Notes under the pieces: generated by a model | The model's input: only the letters and a program-made list of their open reading frames with translations | Databases searched by the model: none | What the model was told of the DNA's origin: nothing | Source of the DNA: Octopus vulgaris | Lineage: Eukaryota | Direction of reading: 5' to 3' | DNA: 64,000 bases | Assembly (NCBI GenBank): GCA_951406725.2 | Contig: OX597834.1 | Coordinates: 22,754,001 to 22,818,000 of the forward strand | In this document: positions 15,006 through 26,661 of the stretch, in pieces | Numbering within the stretch: the stretch's first letter is position 1 | How the letters are laid out: each line of letters begins with the position of its first letter | Program-made: the position numbers and the translations under genes

Positions 15006-18000
15006 TGCAGATGTGGCTGTATGGTTAAGGAGCTTGCTTCACCAACCATGTGGATTTGGTTTCAGTGTCACTTAGTTGGGCAAGTGTTTCCTGCTATAGC
15101 TAATCAAAATTAAAAATTTTTTTATTCATTCTTATTTACTCATTTATTATTTTTTTTATTCCTTTCTAGGAACCTGTTGAAAATTTGACTGACCACACTC
15201 ATGTTTTCAACATTGAGACAGATGGTCAGCTGCATGTTTTGTATGGCGGGACAAAGGTTGTACAGCATTCAGCACCAAGTAAAACAGCAGCTGGGCTAAA
15301 ATGTACGTACCATTTCAATAAATTATATATCTAGCTTTTATATAAGTTAATGTTGGTCTCATTTCAGTGGAGTATGAGACGTTTTGGCTCAGCCATTTTG
15401 GTACCGCCAATTCAATGCTGACTTATTTGGCATCAGATGTTTTAATTTTTCTCTCATTCTCTATCCTTCCTTCTCCCTGCCTCTCTCTCTCATGTGGCCG
15501 GCACCATGAAAAGGCATCCATGCCAGAGCCATGTAAAAAGGCACCTGTGCCAACGTCGCATAAAAAGCACTCAGTACATTCTGTAAAGTCATCATAATCA
15601 TTTAGCGTCCGTTCTCCATGCTAGCATGGGTTGGACGGTTCAACTGGGGTCTGTGAAGCTGGAAGGCTTCATCAGGCCCAGTCAGATCTGGCAGTGTTTC
15701 TACGGCTGGATGCCCTTCCTAACGCCAACCACTCCGTGAGTGTAGTGGGTGCTTTTTACGTGCCACCCGCACAGGTGCCAGACAGAGCTGGCAAACGGCC
15801 ATGGACGGATGGTGCTTTTACGTGTCACCGGCATGGGGCCAGGCGAGGCTGGCAACGGACACGAACGGATGGTGCTTTTACGTGCCACCAACACGGGGGC
15901 CAGACAGAGCTGGCAAACGGCCACGATACGGATGGTGCTTTTACGTGCCACCGGCACGGGGCCAGTCGAGGCTGGCAACGGACACGAACGGATGGTGCTT
16001 TTACATGTCACCGACACGGGGGCCAGACAGGGCTAGCAAACGGCCACGAACGGATGGTGCTTTTACGTGTCACCGGCACGGGGGCCAGACAGAGCTGGCA
16101 AACGGCCACGAACGGATGGTGCTTTTACGTGTCACCGGCACGGGGGCCAGGCCAGGCTGGCAACGAACACGAACGGATGGTGCTTTTACGTGCCACCGAC
16201 ACGGGGGCCAGACAGGGCTGGCAAACGGCCATGAACGGATGGTGCTTTTACGTGTCACCTGCACAGGGGCCCTGATGTTGATCGACCTCAATTTGGTTAT
16301 GCTTTCTGATATTTGGTTTGATTTTGATTTTGACTGTTCTCTAAAGTGGTTAGCATTAATAGAACCATTGCAAAATATACAATTGGTGCCTGCTGAAGGC
16401 CTCTGGTTTACCAGTTCCTGTCAGGTTGTCCAACCCATGCCAACATAGAAAACAAACTTTAAATGATGATGCATATGTGTGTAAGTGTTTATGTCACTTG
16501 TGTTCAATTGATAAATTGTAACATCTCTCTCTCTCTCGATCTCAACCTCTTTCTCTCCCTTTCACTCCCTGTCTGTGTGTGTGTGTGTATATTTTTGTGT
16601 ACACCTACATTTGTGTATGTGTGTGATTACCTCCAGTGCCAAAAACTACTGTTGCCCAAATCAGATTGAATGTCCAGTGAACCATACATCTATTTGTTTA
16701 CTACCCACAAGGGGCTAAACACAGAGGGGACAAACAAGGACAGACAAACGGATTAAATCGATTATATCAACCCCAGTGCGTAACTGGTACTTAATTTATC
16801 GACCCTGAAAGGATGAAAGGCAAAGTCGACCTTGGCGGAATTTGAACTCAGAACGTAATGGCAGACGAAATACGGCTATGCATTTCACCCGGCGTGCTAA
16901 CGTTTCTGCCATCAACATCCAAACAGCTGCCCACCCAACTGTCTCATTTTGCATTTCAATTAATTACAAACATAGTTTTTAAATAACTTCATTTATTATT
17001 TCTTTCCATTTTTTTTTTCCCCAAATTACAAAAACATATAGGGATGGTGTATAGGTATATCATATTCAGTAACAGTATGAGAGTTCCAAATATGTCCCCA
17101 AATATAGCTCCCGTTGCTTACCCTTGTTTCATTTTACAAAGTAACAGATTTCTCCATATTTTATTGTTGCAGGTGACAATATGTGCATCGCCTATGTGCT
17201 ACACCACAGCTTTAACACCTCTCAGGGTAAACTTCTCCGAACCATTTTATACGGCACCAAGCATTTAACGGCAAATAACTTAGAAACCTTCTTCTTCATC
17301 CTCTTTTTGCTTTTCTTTGCAATCATAGCAGCTGCCTATGTATGGATTTATGGTAAAAAAAATATTTAATACATTTCTCTTTTTTTTTCTTTCTTTCTTT
17401 TTTCTATTTCATTTGTTGAGCATGGTTCTAAATTCAATTCCACCATTTGGCACCTTGGGCAAGTGTCTTCTTCTATAGTCCCAGGTCAACCAAAACCCTG
17501 AGTGGATTTGGTAGTTGGAAACTGCAAAAAACTCCTTGTATATATCATGTGTGTGTGTGTGTATCTGCTTGTCTTGACATCGTGTGATGATTCTAAATAA
17601 GTGGTTCTCAACCATTTTTTACCTATGGGCCTTTTTGATTCCCATTTTATTTAGGTGGACCCTCCTAGCCATTCAGTGTTTTAAGAATCCTATTATATTT
17701 TTAAATATTATTAGGAATTGTATTAAAAAAGGCTGTTAAAATATTTTGTGCATTGTAGAAATATAACCAATTTATTGTATAAAAATCTTAACAGCAAAAT
17801 CTTACATGGACCCTAGTTGAGAACCACTGTAGTAAGGTTTGAACTTACAATATTGCAGCTGGTAGTCCATTACTTAACTTTGTAGCCAATTATACTTTGT
17901 GTGCCCCAAAAATCTGAAGTGAATCAAACGTTATTTCTGCCAAATAAAATATTTCTCTCTTTCTTTCTCTTCTTATCTTCCTCTCTTTCCTTTTCTCTCT

Positions 18001-19183
18001 CTCTCTCATCTTGCCTCTCTTTCATGTTCTTTTATAGGAACAATGGATCCTGATAGAAACAGATACAAGTTATTCTTGGAATGTGCAATAATCTTGACTT
18101 CGGTCGTTCCACCAGAACTACCAATAGAATTATCTCTTGCAGTCAACACCTCACTGTTGGCTCTTATTAAATTCAGTAAGTTGTTTTATAGTTGTAATTT
18201 TTTTTAATCTTATTTTATTTTTTATATAACTAATGGTAAATATTGATTTCTTAACATAGAGACAGGCATTGCTACATGGTTAAAATGTTCGCTTTGCAAT
18301 CATGGGATTTCAAGTTCTGTCCCACTGTGCAGCACCTTGGGCAATTGGCTTCTAGTATAGTCCTGGGCTGGCTAATGTTTTGTGAGTGAATTTGTCAGTA
18401 GATAAAAACTGTAAAAAAGTGTGTGTCTTCCTTTTGTCTTGACTTCAGTGCACTGATGAAAGGCAAACTCACCTTCATATAAACAGTGTCATCTGTTTGT
18501 AATCTTCCATGAAAACATGTCTACACATTGAGCTGTTTATTGTTCAAAGGATCAGGGGAAATGTTACCTTACTTGGAAACAGGTTAGGTTTGGCAACTGA
18601 AAATCTACTTCAAGTTTTATCTAACCCATGCAAGCATAGAAAAGTGGATGTTAAAACGATAATACACAAGACATTGATTTTTGTGTATTGGGTCTGTTGG
18701 ATTACTTAACTAGTACTTAACCCTGAAAAGATAAGACAAAGCTCACCTCCGTTAGATTTGAACTCAGAACGCAACAGGTCGTAAACTAAATACAACATAG
18801 CATTTTTTGTCCAACACACCAACAATCCACACCTAAAAGGACTCCCCCCCTCTCTCCCATTACAAACCTCATTATTAAAAATATCTCCAGGAATGTCTTC
18901 ATGAATTTTATTTCTTGCCTCTTCCCAGACATATATTGTACAGAACCCTTCCGAATTCCTTCTGCTGGGAAACTGGACATCTGCTGTTTCGACAAAACTG
19001 GGACACTGACCAGCGATTGTTTAGTTGTTGAAGGAGTGGCTGGACTAAAGTAAGATCCATTTTTCTTCTTTTTAACATTTTTAATATGATTATTTTCATC
19101 AATTTTTAATAGCTCGCATGGTTTTGGCTTTGATAAAAATAATAAAAACATATATCAGACAATGCTTCATAAAAATTATACAT

Positions 19184-19216
<33 letters not shown>

Positions 19217-20844
19217 AATTGTTAGATAGATAACTGAAGCATGCATATATACATGTATATTTTTGGTTGTCATATTTGTTGTTATAACAACAAAAAAATA
19301 TATGCATGCTCTAACTACACAAATTATTTCAGTCATTGCTTTTCATAATGATGAATTTATCCGTTTTTTTATCTCTTTTGCATTGAAGTGGTAAAAAGTT
19401 AGTTCCAACTCTTTCATCACCAATAACAACCAACCAGGTTCTGGCTACGTGCCACTCTCTGGTTCAAATGGAAGATGAACTTATTGGGGATCCGCTGGAA
19501 AAAGCTACTCTCTCTGCCGTTGAGTGGAAATTAACAAGGAGTGAGTTACAGATTTCTTTATATGACCCCTAAAACTGTTTGAATCTTTCTTTAAAGCATT
19601 TGTAGGATCTTTACCCTTTGAACGGCAGATCGAGAAATTAATTTTTCTAACTAAACACTTTCAAACTTCGGACACTGGTAGAATGTGTCGTATAAAACAT
19701 CTTTTACTCTTAGTGTTGTTGAGAAAAGTTTGTATTTTTCAAAGTTATTTCATGTTAAAGTTTTAGAACATAAGTTCTGGGTCAATTTGTTCAACTAACA
19801 TCCTTCAAGGCATTGCCTCAAGGATGACCATTGTCCAGTGAGAGAAACAAGATAAACCACACTCAGTCATGAGTGATTTATATAGCTATAAATGTTGTTC
19901 GTATATATGATATATATAAACATGGTGAATCATGTCTTTACAGATGACGCTGTAATACCAACGAAAATAAAAACCCATGGATTGAAAATCTTCCAGCGTT
20001 TCCATTTCTCCAGTGCACTGAAAAGAATGTCTGTGATAGCCGGTTACTCTGCCACTGCTGGTGAGACGGAATACATTGCCACTGTCAAAGGAGCACCAGA
20101 AACCCTTAAAGCTATGGTAAGTGAATAAGATTAGTAGTTGAAAATGCATCCAGTACACTCTGTAATGTGGTCAGTGAATGAGTAGAGACACCATGGACTC
20201 CAGAGAACTTGATATTCGAGGGGTGAGTTATCTTTGCAAGCAGCAGGGGCATCAGAGTATCCAGTATGATGCCTTGTGGTATTTGAGCTGAGCCTTTCTA
20301 TTCTTAGTTAAAGTCCTGTCAATGTCGACTTTGCTATTCATCCTTTTGAAGTTAATAAAAAATATATATATGTTAGTCCAGAACACTGGATTGGTGACAT
20401 TTTATGCCTTGAGGTTCTGATTCTTTGCGTTCTGAGTTCAAATCCAGCCATGGCTGTTAAATTTAATTGACATTTGTGTGGCTCTAGGCAGGTTGGTACC
20501 AGAAGGACTATTCTCCCTGAAAAGGTTCTAGCCCAGGCCCTGTACATGTACAGAGCCTCCTCAGAGATCTTTTTCTTTTTACTTTTTTTGTTATGGCTCA
20601 AATTGGTGTTTATAATGTGTAATATCACTCAATATTGTAGCATACTATTTCATCTTTATTTTCAGTTTCAAAATCCACCAAAAGACTATGATGAGGTTTA
20701 TTTGGCTATGGCCAGAAGAGGAGCTCGAGTTCTGGCATTGGGCCACAAGACTATTGGGGTTCTGACTCACCAACAGGTATATGTTACCCTTTATAGCGTT
20801 ATCCTTACATTTCTTTGATATTACAATGATATATATACCAGAAT

Positions 20845-20908
<64 letters not shown>

Positions 20909-22585
20909 TAAACAGCCGAAATTGCGAGGATGATCTGGTTCTTGACTGAAGAATGAAGGTTTCGAATGTCCCATCCGAGTTTTTTGTATCGTCTTCTAAA
21001 TATTTTGCGTATTTTTTACATATACATATATATAGCGGCGCCCGTACAATTTTTGATCTTATGTATGTATACATCTGTATGATATTATTGATGTAATATT
21101 GCCATACCTTAGGCCCTGAAATTCAGGATGGTGCCATAGGGTCTCCATCACAGCATATTGTGGGTGTCTTTAGACTTGGTAGAGTCATTGCTCTCTGGGT
21201 CTGACCACAGCTGATTTAAAAAGAAGAGACACACACAAGCAGACAGACAGATGCCCTTCATGTCACCAGCATTCACCTGTTTCCAAGCAATATAATATTT
21301 TCCTTTGGTCACTATTTGTATAACATTGACGCTCATACACAACTATCACTCAATGTTGGGACAAGGAGACCAAACATTCATGCATACGCACATGCATGTA
21401 TGTGTGTGATAGACTTCTTTCATTTCCCAGTTACAAAACCTACTGACGTCTTTAGTTGGCCTGGGTCTGTAGTGGAAAACATTTGCTGAAGGTGCCACAT
21501 GGTGGGACTGAAACCAAAACCACATGATTGAGAAGTAAATTTCTTAACCACCCAACCATGCATTTGAATATAAATATAAAAATGTATATGCACATAAATA
21601 AATAAAGGTACAGCCTTAGCTATATGATTAAAATGCTTGCTCTACAAGCAATGATGATGATTATACATATATATCATCATCATCGTTTAGCGTCCGCTTT
21701 CCATGCTAGCATGGGTTGGACGGGTCAACTGGGGTCTGTGAAGCTGGAAGGCTTCGTCAGGCCCAGTCAGATCTGGCAGTGTTTCTACGGCTGGATGCCC
21801 TTCCTAACGCCAACCACTCCGTGAGTGTAGTGGGTGTTTTTTACGTGCCACCTGCACAGGTGCCAGACAGAGCTGGCGAACGGCCACGAACGGATGGTGC
21901 TTTTACGTGCCACCGACACGGGGCCAGACAGAGCTGGCAAACGGCCACGAACGGACGGTGCTTTTACGTGTCACCGGCACGGGGCCAGGCGAGGCTGGCA
22001 ACGAACGCGAACGGATGGTGCTTTTACGTGCCACCGACACGGGGCCAGGCAGAGCTGGCAAACGGCCATGAGCGAATGGTGCTTTTACGTATCACCGGCA
22101 CGGGTGCCAGACGAGGCTGACAGCGGACACGAACGGATGGGTCACTTAACCCCTGCTTTCTGATATATGATTTGATTTTGATTGTTCTCACTGGTCTTGC
22201 CGGGTCTTCTCACGCACAGCATACTTCCATAGGTCTCGGTCTCTGGTCATTTCCTTGGTGAGACCTAGAGTTCGAAGGTCGTGCTTCACCACCTCGACCC
22301 AGGTTTTCCTGGGTCTACCTCTTCCACAGGTCCCCTCAACTGCCAGGGTGTGGCACTTTTTCACACACCTATCTTCATCCATTCTCACCACATGACCATA
22401 CCAGCGCAATCGTCTCTCTTGCACACAACATCTGATTCCTCTTAGGTTCAACTTTTCTCTCAAGGTACTTACACTCTGTCGACTATGAACACTGACATTA
22501 CACATCCAACGGAGCATACTAGCTTCATTTCTCGCGAGCTTACGCATGTCCTCAGCAGTCACGGCCCATGTTTCACTGCCATGTA

Positions 22586-22619
<34 letters not shown>

Positions 22620-24141
22620 ATAATCATAACGATGACATCATTGGAATTTCAAAGCTAAGAGATGATGCATGTTTAATTCAAGACCATGGGAACAAATAAG
22701 CATTGCATTTGACCGAGTAATCTGAGTGCTAAAGGGTTAAAGGAATAAATATTGTTGCTTTATGTTTCTTGTAGCTTTGTGACTGTTTGTTTGTTATTTC
22801 TTTCTTGAAAAGGTGCGAGAACTGACCCGAGAGGCTGCAGAATGCAATTTAGAGTTTGCTGGATTTGTCATCATTTCCTGCCCACTGAAGACTGACTCTC
22901 ATGCGGTTATCAAAGAAATTCAACAGTCATCTCATCATGTAAGTGTTGTCATCATCATCATCATCTTTTATCTTTTACTTGTTTCAGTCATTGAACTACA
23001 CCTATGCTGGATTACTGCCCTGGAAGGTTCCTTTCTTAGTGGAATAAATCTTCCTAAATTGTTATTTTTTTAAAGCCTGGTACTTATTCTATCAGTTTCT
23101 TTTGCTGAACTGCTAAGTTACAGGAACATAAACAAAACAGCACTGGTTGTCAAATGAGGGAATATTATTCCAAACTTACAGGCAAAAATTCAGTTTAGAA
23201 ATACTAAATCAAATTTCACAAAATATAATATATATATATATAAATTAGAAAAAAACCCACCTTTTATCAATTCAATAATGAAATATTAAATTATACCATT
23301 TAGAAAAATTACATCTTATAGAAAGTTGAAATATAAGATAAACATATAACAATGATTAAGTAATGTGCAAAATAATAAATAAAATGTATATATTTGGTAT
23401 ATATACGTTTTATTTATTATTATAAATATATACCAAATATATATATATATATTGAGTCGAATCTCATATATACCTATATATATGAGATTCCACTCAATTT
23501 CCACCTACCAAATCCACTTAAAAAGCTTTGATCAATCTAGGACTATAAAAGACACTTGCCCACTGTGCCATGCAGTGGAACTCAACCCACAACCATGTGG
23601 TTGGGAAGCAAACTTCTTAACCACATATCCACGTCTCCACTTATCACACACAATATGATTTTTCAAGAAACTAAATACATTGAATAATTTTTTTAATTTT
23701 CTTTTATATATTCATAATGAAATATTATCTTTGTATCAAAATTCTCTTTTTTCTCTCTGTTGTGTCAATCTCCTGTAGGTGGTTATGATTACTGGTGACA
23801 ACCCATTAACAGCTTGCCACGTCGCTCAAGAGTTGAGAATCACTCAAAGTGAACACACACTTGTATTACAACCTCCCAACGTTCACTGTAAGTTGTTTAT
23901 TGTTTTGGAGGATTTTTCATCTGAAAATGTTGGGGTGGGGGTGATTAAACAAAATTTACAATTTTTTTTTTTTCAGTAATTGTTTTTAATAAGGGGTCAT
24001 CCTAAAAAGGCTAGCAATTACTAATTGAATATAAAGTAATTAAGAAAAGCAATATTATTTTAAAATATATTTGTCTTCATTACATTTCAATCAATTTGGT
24101 CTGATTGTCTCAAGGAATACTGTTCCTGAATAAATAATGTG

Positions 24142-24180
<39 letters not shown>

Positions 24181-25135
24181 TCATCAACTTTTAACATCCA
24201 TTTTCGATGTTGGCATGGGTTGGACGGTTTGACTGGGGTCTGGAGAGCCAGCAGCTGTACAAGGATCCAATCTGATCTGGCAATATTTCTACAGCTGGAT
24301 GCCCTTCCTAACATCAACTATTCCAAGAGTGTAGTGGGTGTTTTTTACGTTCCACTGGCACAGGAGCCAGTCAGGTGGGCCTGGCACCAATCACGTTCAG
24401 ATAGTGCTTTTTACATTCTGCTGGCACGGGGGGGCCAGTCAGTGGGTACTGGCATCGGCCATGTACAGATGGTGCTTTTTACATGCCACTGGTACAGGAG
24501 CCAGTCAGGCAGACCTGGCACTGGCCACGTTCAGATGGTGCTTTTTACATGCCACCAGCATGGGAGCCAGTCAGTGGGCACTGACCACAGCTACAATATT
24601 GGTTTTACTTCTCAAGCATATCATTTCGCACAATGCATCAGAGATACTCTTAACTGGGCCGGAAATGCATGACTGTGATCTCACTTTAGTTGCCGGGTCT
24701 TCTTAATTACAGTATATCTCCAAAGGTCTCAGTTTCCTGCCATTGCCTCTGTGAGGCCCAATGTTCGAAGGTCATGCTTCACCATCTCATCTCATGTCTT
24801 CCTAAGTCTAGCTCTTCCACAGATTCCGTCCATAGTTAGGGAATGGCGCTTCCTCACACAGCTGTCCTCATCCATATGTAACACATGACCATACCAGCAC
24901 GGTCGTCTCTCTTGCACACCACATCTGATGCTGCTTATGTCCAACATTTCTCTCAGGGTGCTTACACTCTGTTGTGTATGCACACTGACATTACTCATCC
25001 AGCAGAGCATACTAGCTTCATTTCTTTCAAACCTACACATGTCCTCAACAGTCATGGCCCATGTTTCATTGTCACGTAGCAAGGCAGTTCGCATGCATAA
25101 ATCATACAGTCTACTTTTCATCCTGAGCAAGAGGC

Positions 25136-25170
<35 letters not shown>

Positions 25171-26630
25171 CCCAGACTGGGTTTTAATTAATAACCTTTA
25201 TTTCTAAATTTAGGGTAATTATGTTACCCACTTGACCAGCAGTTCCCTAACTTATATTTGGCGTGTAACCATCATCATTGTTAAGCATTCATTTTCACAA
25301 AAGCCATTCAAACATTTTAGAAAATCACTTTGTGAGGTTCAGGAATCACCAAACTTTTACCTTCTCTTTTCTTTTTACTCTTTTACAGCTGATGTATGGC
25401 ACTGGCAGTCGATTGACGATACTTTGATTTTTAATTTAGGAATGGAAAACTTGCGGAAACTAATAAAGGAGCATGATTTGTGTATCACTGGTCAGGTAAT
25501 GTTGTTTTATGTGAGGCCTTGCCTGCTCAGCATTTTATGCTGTCAGACCCTTGGGGAAATGTTACTGGAACTATCGACCAGCTAATTATCATGACTGAAC
25601 TGTTCACCTGCTGGTTATTATTACAGGACTGATGGCTGTCTCTCAAGTCTGAGAAAGATGGTTCTGCAATTTTTTGCTGAATGACCTGCACAGATGATTT
25701 GTTGATATTGATCAAATGTTAAGGCAGCTGACAGAATCGTTTCAATGCTGGACAAAGTGTTGAGTGCTATTTTCATCCATCTTTATGATCTCAGTTCAAA
25801 TTCTGCCAAAGTTGATTTCGACTTTCATCCTTTTGGGGGTCAATAAAATAAGTATCAGCTGAATGCTGGGGTCAGTAGAATTAACTTAACCCCTGCCACC
25901 ATGAAATTGCTGGCCTTGTGTCAAAATTTGAAATCAGTATTTATCAAATGTAAGTTGGCAAACTGGCAGAACCATTATCATGTCAGAAAAAATACTTATC
26001 AGCATTTCTTCCGAGTTCAAATGCTGCCAGTCTACTTTGCCTTTCATCCTTCTGGGGTCAATAAAATAAATCCCAGTTGAGTGCTGGGTTTGGTGAAATC
26101 GAACGACCCCCTACCCCCGTGCAAAAATTCGAAACCAGTGTTGATCAAATGTTTGTGCTGTTACATTACTTCACTTCCTTCATCATATTGACATTACCTG
26201 TACAGGTGTACAGTGTGCTGCTCATCAGGTGTCAAAGTGATCACAGAACAACATGAGATGAAGTATTTTGCTCAACCAATGCATCACCTGGTCCAGGAAT
26301 CAAACTCGTGATCTCACGATTGTGAGTGGAGCATTCTTACCACTGGGCCATGTGCCCTCACTGGACTTTTGACTTATGTATATGTAAATATATCATCATA
26401 TATAAATATATTTCATTTTATATATATCTCTTTCTCTCTCTCTTTCACTTACAGAGTATATCTCATCTCCAAACTTTAGATCCTATTCTCATGAAAACCC
26501 TACTTCCTAATGTGAAAGTTTTTGCTCGGGTTGCACCGAAACAGAAGGTAAATTATTAATTTCTTACATCAACAAAATGGAACCAGACATAGAATGGTAT
26601 GGGGAGTGGTGGAGGATTTTGATTTGGTTG

Positions 26631-26661
<31 letters not shown>

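Noticed and set aside
15631-16448. 214/215-aa ORFs and CRISPR-like periodicity
   Set aside because: ORFs are read-through of a tandem repeat antisense to a LINE 3' UTR; the 'spacers' are only two recurring variants, there are no cas genes, and the context is a eukaryotic intron.
19386-19388. AAG acceptors (also 22810-22812) as non-canonical splicing
   Set aside because: Still GT-AG introns; AAG is uncommon but ordinary.
20911-20975. CTGAAGA..TTTCGAA segment resembling a Penelope/hammerhead end
   Set aside because: Could not build core plus stems on either strand; probably a truncated repeat.
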